A stretch of 62,922 bases of DNA, counting the filler, from Reticulomyxa filosa (lineage: Eukaryota > Protista > Foraminifera): assembly GCA_000512085.1 (NCBI GenBank). It is 15 parts of 15 records of this genome, joined end to end, with 100 filler letters (N's around TTAATTAATTAA, not from the genome) between each part and the next. Parts side by side here need not be neighbours in the genome. Positions count along the whole stretch, not along the records: positions 9,179 to 14,974 come from ASPP01024879.1; positions 15,075 to 16,992 come from ASPP01008609.1; positions 17,093 to 21,493 come from ASPP01012752.1; positions 21,594 to 25,332 come from ASPP01010165.1; 11 more parts are not named here. One strand, given 5' to 3'. The notes under the pieces are model-generated. The model made no database searches, was not told the DNA's origin, and saw only the letters and a list, made by a program, of their open reading frames with translations. Both the position numbers and the translations under genes were made by a program. Below are positions 11,698-23,490 of the stretch, piece by piece; position 1 is the stretch's first letter; every line of letters starts with the position of its first letter.

Positions 11698-13433
11698 TTA
11701 AAACCCGTCAATCCAATCATCACAAAATGATTGAGCCTCCACTGACCGATCCTTATCTTGAGGCAGCACTGCCTTTTCAAAATTACTTAAATCAGTATCG
11801 CACGTAATTGTTGGAACATAAGGAGCAGGAATTTCTCTTTTTTCCATCATTTCCCAATCAAAACCCTAGTCCAATACATATAAACAAGTGTCAATCCAAC
11901 AATTTTGAAAACTCCTTTTTTTTTTTTTTTAATCTAAAAATTTTTTTTTTGGAGTGACCACGTTTCAAAACTTTAAAGAAAGAATGTCGTTTGATTTCTT
12001 GTGCGCCTCGAATGGAGCCCAATCTGCGATAGCAATTTTTTTCCAACAATTTTTCAATTAAATCTTGAAATTCTGCCGAGCAACTCTTTGGAAAGACGCA
12101 ATTATAGGCGATTATTTTTTGATACATTCCCACCTGTTCGTCATCTTCAAACGGTGGGTGTCCCACAACCATTTCATACATCAACACACCCAAAGTCCAC
12201 CAATCCACAGCAAATCCTTGCACCCAACCATGAATTAATTCCGGAGCCAGATAATGTCCTGTTCCGCACAACGTTGTTGTTCTATTGTTATCAAGCAGAC
12301 AGACAAACAAATTTAATCAAAGTTATTATATATATATGTGTATGTAATACATGTTTCTTTTCTTGGCAAAGCCAAAGTCGGTAATAGCAAGATATCCATT
12401 ACGATCGATTAAGAGCTATCATGTACCAATGGCAGACAAAGCGAAAATTGATAAAGAACGGAAAAAAAAAAAAAAGAATTGCTTTTGTAAGAGAAAGAAA
12501 AGGATACATGAATTTCAACAACAAAAAGATAATACATTTTCAGGTTTTAAATCTCTGTAAATGATGTCTTTGGAGTGTATGTGCTCGAACGCCAAAAGCA
12601 CACACGCTCCGTAAAAGCGCGAGTTTTCTTCGTCAAAGGTGCGATTGTGTCTCAGCAATGTGTGCAGTTCTCCACCTAGTACCATTTCCTGCAAAAAAAG
12701 ATTGATGTTTCTGTTTTAGTACGTAGGCGTATACTAGTTTAGGAACCAATTTTTTTTTTAAAAAAAAAAAAAAAAAAAAAAAGAAGGGTAAGTTAAATTA
12801 CAACAAAAAAAAAATATATAATTCTATAATGAATAAATATATTGAAAAAAAAAACAACAAAAACTTAACAATTTAACACAAAATGGGGAATCAAGGACAC
12901 TCATGACTTTTTTTTCATTCATGATGTGATGGAACTGTTTTTTTTTTGCGACTTTATGTTTGGATATTTCCTTTAAGGCAAAGACCCGTTTGGTGTTGAC
13001 CTCTCGCACCAATGAAACTTGTCCGAAGGAGCCATAGCCGATGAAGTCAACAATTTGGAAGTCCTGAAGTTGGAATGGGACGCGATTGGCAAAGCAGCAA
13101 GGCAGATTGCCGTCAATTAAGTCACTGCAATTGCAGATATTCGATCCCGGCGTGGTGGCCATAATAAATCGAAAATCATCGTATGCAATCCGCAACAGCT
13201 TGACGTTCACACCTTGCGCACGTGCTGAGCGAATCATGCCTGTTGATTGGCTTGCGTCGTACCACTTTTGACAAAGCACATCCCCAGCATTGAATACTCT
13301 TGTCATTGACGCATATTCCATTTTCACTACTCCCTTGTAATCATTTTTTTTTTTTTTTTATTAATATCATGACAATAGCAACATATCATACATAACAGCA
13401 ATGATATCACATATATACATATATACACATATA

Positions 13434-13465
<32 letters not shown>

Positions 13466-14974
13466 CGTGAAAAAGTCTGTTTATATTGTACTACTTGTTT
13501 GAAATTAATGCAAACAACACAACAACAACAAAAAAAAAACTTGTTGGGGTATTTTTTTAAACTAATTGAACAATGAAGACGTCATCACAGACGACATCAC
13601 GTCCAAATATTTCTTGCTGATGTTCATACATTTGTGTGAAACATGCATGCGTTAAGTTCAGCAGCTCATGTTCTTCCAAAGTTGCTTTTTTTTTTTTTAT
13701 GCGTCATTTGTGTGGGTGTTTTCTTTTTTTTTTTTTTTTTTGTGAAAAATGGGATTGAGGACGCAGGTTATATACGTATGTGTAAAGACATACAAAAAAG
13801 GGGTATGTTTCGCAAAAATTTTTGCCTTTGAACAAATCTGTCGACGTTCCATTGTGCTGTATTCCGACGAATGTCGTCCAAGTCCGCTGCCTTTAGACTC
13901 CAAACCCGAGATGGCTCCAAAGCTTTCAACGTGGCCACTTGCGGGGTATGATACATCAACGTAATCTCACCAACCGTCTCTTTAGGTCCGGCCACTCCAA
14001 TCTTCCTTTCCTTGTTGTCCTCTTGCACAAAGACGGCAAACCTGCCTCTTTCAATCCAGTAAAACGCCTGACTTATTTCGCCCTGTGTCATCAGCACCTC
14101 GTTCGTTTGCAGTTGCAGCGGGGTCATCGACTGTACTAACTTGAACAGAGTCCGTTCTTTTTGTTCATCGTCGGCATTGAATAGCAGTTCATTTACTCGC
14201 AAAGACTCTTTTAACAACTAAAATACACATACACACAAGCCTTTTTTTTAATAATAAAAAAAAAAATTGTTCATGTCTAACAACAACAACAACAACAACA
14301 ACAAAGTGTCAATAACAAACTTCCACTGGTTTTTGAATGCCTTCTTCGAATGAAAAGCTACAAGTTTTTTGGAAAGAAAATCTACTGCCTTGTTCTGTAC
14401 TTGAGAACGGTGAAGCGCATGTGATATTATGTGGATCATTGCCGCCCTCCTGATGTCTTGCGCATGTATCTCGGTTCATTGAGCCAGGCATTTGTGTTTT
14501 CTTTTTTTTTTTTTTTTGTTTAAAAAAAAATTATTTATTATATGATTACGTAAGTATATAATAGATTACAATGTTTTTTTTTGCTCATACATGTTGTTGC
14601 GAGGTCTCTTTTAAAATACAATCAAAAGGATGATTAATGGAGAGGATAGGAGGAGGAGGACTATTTTGAACACATGTGTTGGAGTGGGGATTGTCACATT
14701 GGAAATGGCTGAATCTCGTATCATTGCATGGCTGCTGTAGCTGTGACGATGCCTGTATGTGCGGCTGTTGTGACCGTTCCTCAGAGTCGGTAATGGACAA
14801 CTCTTCCGTGGCTGGGTCTGAGTCGTCCATGGGTTGAATATGTGTGTGTGAGCGATAAGCGGATTTATCATCGCTGTTGAAATGCCCTTGTCGGTTACTG
14901 TAACAATGGTTCCCACCAAATAGCATGCCCTTATCATTATCATTATCATTGTTATTGTTATTGTTATTGTTATT
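11698..14974 (-). CDS. cGMP-dependent protein kinase-like (two cNMP-binding domains + AGC kinase), multi-exon, 5'-truncated
   Basis: CNB-A: GEITLMYHTPQVATLKA. CNB-B ~13690-13170. Kinase motifs GYGSFG, ALK, YRDLKPEN, TDFGFAK, CGTGHYLAPE and DWWTLG. AGC tail ends DDWIDGF*. Confidence 0.85.
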
Positions 14975-15074
14975 NNNNNNNNNNNNNNNNNNNNNNNNNN
15001 NNNNNNNNNNNNNNNNNNTTAATTAATTAANNNNNNNNNNNNNNNNNNNNNNNNNNNNNNNNNNNNNNNNNNNN
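14975..15074. other. artificial contig linker
   Basis: N44-TTAATTAATTAA-N44. Confidence 0.97.
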
Positions 15075-15392
15075 TAAGCATCTTCTTCTGCTTTTTTTGA
15101 GCATCTCTTCACGTTGCTTTTTTTTCAATTTCTTGCCGCTCTTGTTCTTGCTTTTTCGCGTTTTTTTTGCAATTTCAATTTGTTTTTTGTGCTCTTTTTT
15201 GCATTTGTTTTTTTTTTTTGCAATTTCTCTTTTTTGCTTTTTTTTCTTCCTGTCGTTGTCTTTGCTGTTCCTTTTCTTTCCGTGATTTCCTTTGTTTTTT
15301 TTTGTATTCTTTTTGCATTTCCGTTATTTGAATATTTGAAAATACTGGAGGATGTTGTTTCTTTGGATCATTTTCATTTTTATTATATATGC

Positions 15393-15423
<31 letters not shown>

Positions 15424-15951
15424 AATATATATGTATATGTATATGTACATATATAATGTAATTTCTGTTTGTTTAAACAAACACAAACATATGCATATAC
15501 GCAACTTTGTAAGCCACTCGTTTTAAAAACAACCGGTTTTGACCAATCGCTTTTTCCTAGCCAACAGTCATATTTGCCACGAAAAGAGTACATAACGCCA
15601 GGCAACAAATTGGGAACGGTATATTTGACACTAAAGCCGTGATAAACAATTGTCCACGGGATGTGAAATTTGCCGTGGCAAGTGCTCATTTCAATGAAGT
15701 ATTCATTGGCTTCGCCGTCGTTGTTGCCACACCCACTCAGGCCTTCTTCTTTCCACTTTAAACTCAGCGAATTGTCGGCTTTATTTGTCACACTTATTTT
15801 CAGCGGAGGAGTCAAAAACCCATCTTTTTTTTTTTTTTCCTTAAAACACGTAAACATTTAAGTAGACGGTATAAAACATTGAAGCAATGAAACAAAGAAA
15901 AAATAGAGCGTGTGTATATTCCAAATAACCAAGAAAAAAAAGAAAAGTGCA

Positions 15952-15987
<36 letters not shown>

Positions 15988-16324
15988 ATACACTCAATAC
16001 ACAAGTGCGGATAAATAGCGTACCAAAGTCAGCGAATGTCTCGCGGCTGTGAGTATCATTGGTGTAACAATGCGATTCATGCACTGATCGTGTGTATTTT
16101 TTGTTGTCGGTGGGAAGACTGGCAGCTGTGGCAGCAGTGGGAGGTGGCGGTGGGAGTGTCTGTTTTGATGTGTGGCTCGGATACACTGTTGCAGATGTAC
16201 GTGGCATATGGCAGCTCTCCGTAGCTATCAGCGACTCCCCTTTGCTTTTCTTTCCCTCATTTGTTATCGTTATTGACGGTGTCTTTTTCTCTCTGCCATT
16301 GTGTCTATTGTCATTATTGCTGTG

Positions 16325-16362
<38 letters not shown>

Positions 16363-16378
16363 CAATATTGATATTGCT

Positions 16379-16420
<42 letters not shown>

Positions 16421-16900
16421 TGTCATTAGTGCTATAGTATTTATTAAGAGTATCATGACTATTATTACAGTGATTGGAATGACTTGACACTACACCAGCA
16501 CTTGAAAGTGACGATGACCACGACGAAAATAAGGCCATGGGATGATGTTGTTCACCACAAACTGGACAACATGAGTCTTTGTATTTTCAAAACAAATTCG
16601 ATGTTTATTCTTTCATGTATTACATATACATATATATATGTATATATGTATATATGTATATTATCAATTGAAAAAAGTATGTCTTTCACTTGAACAATAC
16701 AGACCACTGTGACCGCCAACAAAACAAAAAAATAAGAGCGCGTGTACGTTTGTATCGTTCAGTGAAAGAAGAAGACACAAACCAAACAAACAAACAAACA
16801 AACAAATAAAAAAAATATAAAAACAAATCAAAAATAACAAAAATAATGCAACAAACTTGGAAATTGCATCGCTTCATTATATGCTTTTTCTGGGGTTTCA
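15075..16900 (-). CDS. fibronectin type III + K/E/Q coiled-coil protein fragment, with a possible Cys/His finger upstream
   Basis: FN3 at ~15500-15820: PPLKISVT..SLSLKW...YFIEM...YTVPNLLPGVMYSFR...SDWS. Coiled coil at 15075-15370. HRICF/CCPVC near 16560-16600 spans an apparent homopolymer slip. Exon boundaries are uncertain. Confidence 0.6.
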
Positions 16901-16951
16901 GAGGAGCGTAACTATTCATTTATTTATTTGTATTTGTTAGGGTTTTTGTCT

Positions 16952-16992
<41 letters not shown>

Positions 16993-17092
16993 NNNNNNNN
17001 NNNNNNNNNNNNNNNNNNNNNNNNNNNNNNNNNNNNTTAATTAATTAANNNNNNNNNNNNNNNNNNNNNNNNNNNNNNNNNNNNNNNNNNNN
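16993..17092. other. artificial contig linker
   Basis: N44-TTAATTAATTAA-N44. Confidence 0.97.
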
Positions 17093-17119
17093 AAAAAAAA
17101 AAAAAAAAAAAAAAAACAA

Positions 17120-17475
17120 AACTGGTGGCTGCTTTTCGTCGTAGGATGAATGATCAATTTCAACTTCACTTGTGTCATCGATGGACACGGAGCGGTCGAA
17201 AAATGCTTGCTGCTGCTTGTTCATCATCTCCGAACTTTGACCCTGCTTGCTCGTGACGCTCATGTCGTCTCCGTCTGATATCGTCCACTCCGACTCATAC
17301 GATGCGGATGACGACGTCTTGCTGTCTTCGTGCTGCTTTCGCGCTGTACTGCTTTGTGTGCCGAATTGGTGCGCCAAGTATTGAATTGCATCTTCTTGAT
17401 TACTTCCTGCCAATTGTTGCTTTGAGAAAGAGGAGTGATTTTGTTGTTTTTGTTTGCTGTTTGGAGTTGGTCGTT
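17120..17475 (-). CDS. hypothetical Ser/Gln-rich exon fragment
   Basis: Open frame with coding-like GC content (AGSNQEDAIQYL...EKQPP|GT) running into poly-T and the gap. Start not resolved. Confidence 0.4.
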
Positions 17476-18157
17476 CTTTTTACTTTTTTTTTTTTTTTTT
17501 TTTTAATCATTCTGCAAATATATTGAAACTCTGATGTAGGTTCGAGGTGGGCCATTGCTTCTTGTTGACGGCAAAGTTGAACTCATGCTCAACTTTTAGA
17601 AATGATAATCTAATGGGGGAAACTAACGTTTTATGGGAAAAAATAAAACGTTCCTTTGGCTTCAGAAAACGCTACTTTATCTTTTGTTGGGTTATGCAAT
17701 CGCAGCTATTGTGTTTTGCCCAAGACTGAAACAATAAACATGGCGTCACCAAACTAAAATTGTCACTTAACAAAATCTCGACATACTCGTTTTAAGTCAA
17801 GTTCCCAGAACGTGTAAAATAGTTTAATAATTTTCTTGCTGTTAAGTCTTCAGTTTTTCAAAAAGCATTTCTTACATTTGCATTTTGAATAATCTTTACA
17901 ATCCAAAATAGAAAAAGAAATTAAATATGTTTACAAAAATGCCTATCTACTCGTTTAAGTGTTAATTCCATATTTTTGATTGAAACAGAATCAAAAAGAA
18001 GTCCTATTCGATCATTAAACTAGTATAGCGTTAAAAGCAGTTTTCCTGTTTTTCTGAGTAACTTTCTATTAGTCCACGTAACAAATACATTAATCGACAA
18101 GTACAAGCTGAGCCGCCGCGCAAGCTCATTTTTTTTTTTGAAAATTGTTTGAAATCA

Positions 18158-19201
18158 ATGCTCCGTCCACCTCGGACCTCAAATACTCAAGAACTTGAGC
18201 TCTTGACAAGGGAAGGTCGTTTGAAAACCCATTTTCATGCACCAACGACAGAGAGGCGACATAATGTGTGGACATGCTGCAGTGGGACTTTTGACATTGT
18301 GTTTTTTGGAATCGACGCCCCTTTGTGGCCAATAAAATACGGACTAAAAGGTGGAGTACTATTATTGTTGGCAATATTTCTATGGAGTCACCCAAAGACT
18401 ATAGGATCAGAAGATACAAAAATAAACGTTGCCTTTTGCGTGTTGTTAGTGTCCATTGGATTTTTGTTCATGGCATTTATGTTTATTTTCACATCATTGG
18501 TATTGAAACAATGTCTAATCAAACATGTATTGAATCAAATTCAATGGAATGGAAACGAGCGCATTTGCGACTTGGGTAACAAAAAAATTAAAAAACAAAT
18601 AATTAATTAATTAAATATATATATACATATATATATATTTAATTAATTAATTATTTTTTTTTTATTATTATTTTGTTCTTTGCACTTTTGAATGTATGTA
18701 CGATGATCTCAACACAAAATATTTGAAAAATAAGGTTGCGGTTCCGGATTGTTTTTAATAAATGCATTAGTGAAATCAGCTCCGAACGGCTATGGCATTG
18801 GAGTTGACAAATGGGATGTGTTTGGACAAGTTGGCATTTGTCGGTCAAATTACGAGCAGTGTTTGTACAATGCCAAACTGTACCACGTCGATGACCGTAT
18901 GAAATTGATCAGTGGGAGTGTGTTGCGAGTGAGCACAACAGAATTCAAAGATGCCGAATTTGATGTGGTTGTCACCTCTTGGTTTTTACATATCATTGAT
19001 GACTGTTATAAACAGACAAGAATTTTGGATGAAATCATTCGAATACTCAAACCCAAGGGACACCTCTTGTTCATTGATATTTGGAATGCCACCACTATTC
19101 AAGACTATCTTCAACAAACACACAACTGTTCCGTTATATCTTCTCCGTGGCTTCCAATGTTTTGTACACCTACAAAAGTGTTATATGTTCAGAAACCCTA
19201 A
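18158..19201 (+). CDS. membrane-anchored class I SAM-dependent methyltransferase, 2 exons
   Basis: FGIDAP and two TM helices, then WNGNERICDLG|intron 18576-18733|CGSG (motif I), GIGVDKW, EFDVV and ILKPKGHL. Confidence 0.85.
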
Positions 19202-19990
19202 CATAAAAAAAAAGATTAAAGTCGCTTCGCACTTCGCTTTTTTTTCATTTTCTTAAAAATCTTTTTAATTATTAAATCTTTCTTCACCATAATGTTCACA
19301 TTAGTTTCGACCGATCCTTGTCTGGAATTTATTTGTAATACATTTCATCTTTTCAATTTATTAATTTTTAAAAGTACTTTTGTATGGAAAAACATTCGCA
19401 GCTAACAAAAAGAATGGCTTTTAATTTTATTATCTTTGGCAATAAAGCTATTGTTGAAAAAACTTAAGATACATATGATGAAAAAGTTATTATTTTCGTG
19501 TAAATAAGGATAAATAATTTAAGTTTTCAAAATAAAAGTTAAAATGAGGATAGTTTTTTTCTTTCGCATTTTGAAGACGTTCCTAAGAAGGAGATCAAAA
19601 CAAAAAAGTGTTTACAATATTCTTCGCAGTTTGAAAGATGTTTGTGAGTGTTTTTAATTTGATTGGCAAAACAATTCACAGCACGCTGCTACAAAAAAAA
19701 AGATTTGCAAGCAAAGTCAAAAGGCTTTGACCATCAACTCTTTAGACAAAAGGTTTAAACAACATCAGCGAACAAGCAACCGTGCAAAGGGAAACAAACA
19801 AACAAAAAAAGAATTGGGAAAAAAAAGGAGGGGGGGTAACAAAAAAAACCACCCAAAGGATGCAATTGACGATTGTCAAAGTGATGTAAAATGTTATGAG
19901 AAGTGTGGAACAATCATAAATTAGCGTCGGACAAGTTAGTTGTGAAACAAAAGAAACAAAACAATTGTGTTTCTTCTTTCAATGTTGCAA

Positions 19991-21473
19991 TTACATCAGT
20001 CCAGCTATTCAAAGTGTGAATATACAACATACAAAAAAAAAAAAACAATATCGTTTGAAAAAATTGTTACAAAGACCAAAGGTGATTGATATGAACAAAA
20101 AAAAAAAAAAATAAATTAAAAAAAATAAAATATAAAAGCATACAAATACAAAAACTTACATCTCTGTAAGCTCCAATTTACAACAATATGTTGCACATCA
20201 TTAAACACTTTTTTCACATTTTCCGTGTCAGTGGCTTGAGTGATATGGGTGTAAATTTCACGTTCATCAGGTTTTGTGTTTTTGCCTTCAAATTGCGCTC
20301 GAATAAAAGACAAGGCTAATCACCAACACAAACACGAACACAAAAGTAAAGGTACAAAAACCAAAAAAAACACCACACACACACACACATTGAAAAGGAC
20401 ACACGCACACACAAAATTAAATATGTAAATATATAAATATATGTATACATATATATATATATATTCATAACATTCTTCATAATCTTGGCGACCAGTGTAC
20501 TCTTTAAAGCAAACAGTGATAGGCGTTTCTTTGATTCTTTGTCGAAAGACATCGCTTTTGTTTAAAAACAAAATGAATGCGGTATTTTGAAACCATTCGC
20601 TGTTGACATGTTCTTCAAAGATTTGCAAAGAATCTTCCATTGCATTCAAGTCTTCGTCTTCAAATGTTGCCTCATTGTAAGCACTCAATGAAGCCACAAA
20701 CAACACCGCTGTGACACTATCAAAAAAGTGAATCCATTTTCTCCTCTCATTGCGCTGTCCACCGACATCCACAACTTTCAGTTTTGTCTTCTCCACCTCA
20801 AACTCTTTCTCCGCCATGCCTGTGGTGCGATAGCGAACTAAGAGCAGATCCTACAATAATGTTTTTTTTTTTTTTTCCAAACATTTTTTTTTTTGATGTT
20901 TCTCTCCCTCCCCTTTTCTTTTTTTTTTATATAAAAAAGAAATGAAATTTAGAAATAAATTTAAAAAAAAGTTTTCTTTTTCTCTCCCCCTTTTTTTTCT
21001 CTAAAAAAAAAAAAATACGTATAAAAGGTAACACCCCCCCCAAAAAAAACTTTTTTGCCGTATAACTTCATCACTTGGAACGTAGTCCTCTTGTGTGACG
21101 GTTGACAATTTATCCAAAAAAAATCCCGTGGAATCGGGGACACAAATTTTGTTTCTGATTTTGAAGGCTTGTTGTATCGCCGGGTCTTTCCAGAGAGCGT
21201 CCAAGTGTTTGGCCAATTCACTTGTCATTGGAGAATTGTTTCTTGTTGCCAAAATAACGTCAGCGCTCGTTTGCGATGACTGACCCAATTCAAATTTCTG
21301 GTTCGCTGTCGTGTCTTCCTCGAAATATTCCTCACACTTAGTTATCATTAGTTTCATCGTGTCAATCAATTGCTCATAGATTTGATCTCGAAATGATTTA
21401 CGGTCACGCTGTTGAAAACCACCTGCATGCAAGTTAGCAAATTGTTTGAAAAACGTCGACTTGCCACTTCCAC
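19991..21473 (-). CDS. heterotrimeric G protein alpha subunit, first exon(s) missing
   Basis: Motifs GGSGKSTFFKQ, LLVRYRTTG, DVGGQRNERRKW, FLNKSD and HITQATD. The last micro-exon gives LQRSGLM* (stop 19991-19993). Confidence 0.95.
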
Positions 21474-21493
21474 CTGTTCATTTTTTTTTTTTT

Positions 21494-21593
21494 NNNNNNN
21501 NNNNNNNNNNNNNNNNNNNNNNNNNNNNNNNNNNNNNTTAATTAATTAANNNNNNNNNNNNNNNNNNNNNNNNNNNNNNNNNNNNNNNNNNNN
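21494..21593. other. artificial contig linker
   Basis: N44-TTAATTAATTAA-N44. Confidence 0.97.
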
Positions 21594-21623
21594 AGAAACA
21601 ATAATGACAACAACAATGACAAC

Positions 21624-21692
<69 letters not shown>

Positions 21693-23152
21693 TACAATGA
21701 CAATGACGACGACACGGAACTGGCAGTGGAGTGCCCTGTTTGTTACAATAACTTTTCCGGGAAAATTTTCCAATGTATGGAGGGACATATAATTTGCGAA
21801 GTGTGCCTGCCATCAGTCAGTGAATGTCCGCAATGTCACAAACCGATGCCAAAGAGCAGCGAAGGGATCCGAAACCGTGCATTGGAGGAGTTTTTGGCGG
21901 GGAAACTGTGTGTGACAATGAAAGCAAAGCGTGAAACGACAGGGGACGCAACGTGTTTGAGACATAACTCGGGCAAAGCCAAAGTGGAGAAACGGGGATG
22001 CGTGTTCGGCCTTTTCGGCTGCGTTTTTGCATGCGAAAACTCCGAGCCAGAACTTTTGCTGAGTCATGTACGAAGATGCGTCTACCGTCCATGTAAATGC
22101 ATGTTGGACGACAACTGCACGTGGATAGGCGTGTGGCGCGACTTTTCCAATCATTGTGTGCAAACACACAACGTCCATGAACACGTTGTTGTTATTGCTG
22201 CTGCTGCTGCTGGTAGTAGTAATAGTGACCGCCCAATGGATGCAACAACTGTGACAAACAGTTTAACACGTGAAGAGGAAGAAAAAAAGAAAAACACGAG
22301 ATAGGTTTATATGAATTCCATCACAAAATTGAATTTTCGGCACCCTTGGTGAAAGAAATGATCAATGCCGTGTTCACAAGGTCGCAGCGACGATTGCCCA
22401 AAAAAAAAACACTTGATGTGCTTTCGAATTTGAAAGCGAGGACGAACAATGTGAATGCAACTACGTATACTAATACATGTACGAGTACGAATGCGTTGAG
22501 TGCGTTACATTCTGAAATTTATCGGTTCGAAGATGGAGCCATCTTTTTGATAGTGGTGAGCATTGGTGGTGAAATGGAGTTAAAAGTGACGCTGCGCAAA
22601 TTGAATATGAAAAGTATGGAGGATGACGACTATGTGATAAAGACAATTTTTCCGTATATTCAAAAATACCAAAAGCATTTGGCCAATTATTGGAATGGAC
22701 TCCAAAATGTGAAAAACAATGCGGAGCATTGCCGACCTAATTATAAGCCTTACATGGACCAATTGCTGAGTTTGTTGCGCTATCATGAACATGACCCCGA
22801 AAACAGCGTGAAAGAGAAAGCGGAGGGTGCTTTTGAAGTGCAACTCTTGCCATCCAGCACCGACTCCAAAGTTTTGCAGAGGGAGCCGCTTTCAGCGCTA
22901 TATCATCCGCGATTCGTGTGGCCGAGCGTTTTGTATAACATAGGTACAGACATGGAGTGGGAAGTGAAACGGCACGAAACGTGCAAGATCCCGATGGGAG
23001 TCATTGCCAAGTTTTGGAGTTTGTCCAAAGGGTTCACTGATGGCTCTGAAGTATCAAGTGCGCTTTCTAAATGTTATGCGGACAAAAAAGAAAGCCCAGT
23101 AACTCTCAATTTGGAGTTCAAAATCAAACTCTATTTTTCTGCATCGATATGA
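21594..23152 (+). CDS. SINA/SIAH-like RING E3 ubiquitin ligase, 5'-truncated
   Basis: ECPVC...IFQCMEGHIICEVC...CPQC...RNRALEE followed by two SIAH-type zinc fingers. A one-base slip in the A-run at ~22290 joins it to ORF 22346-23152. Confidence 0.8.
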
Positions 23153-23490
23153 GAACCATCTATTGGTGTTGTTGTTTTTTTCTCGTTGGTTGAAAGAATT
23201 TAAAATTGCGTTTTTATTATTTAAAGAGTTGGTGGGATATGAAAGGGGGGGGGGGAAGGATGTTTGTTTTGAGTATTTTTTAAAGAGTAATGAAATGCAT
23301 ATTTTCTCTCTATTTTTTTTTTTTACGCAGTTTAATATCTTTTGTATGGACAAATTTTCCAAAAAGAATGCTTTTCTTTGTCTAAGAAAAAACATATGTA
23401 CGCTCATTGGGATCACTTTACTTATTTTTTTGCAATTAAAATGGGAAAAGGGAACGAGAAATAGACTTTAAAGGGAAAACAATTTTTGTT

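Noticed and set aside
12690-12735. In-frame stop and frameshifts in a kinase exon suggesting RNA editing or a pseudogene
   Set aside because: Removing isolated extra bases and adding one T to a homopolymer restores LYATYKTETSIFFLQE. The site is next to a long A/T run, typical of pyrosequencing-type error.
18109-18139. Hairpin plus T-run resembling a rho-independent terminator
   Set aside because: Only a 5-bp stem, in a eukaryotic context where T-runs are ubiquitous.
3-21473. G-protein signalling cluster (RGS, 7TM, kinase, G-alpha)
   Set aside because: The genes lie on different linker-separated pieces, so physical linkage is not shown.
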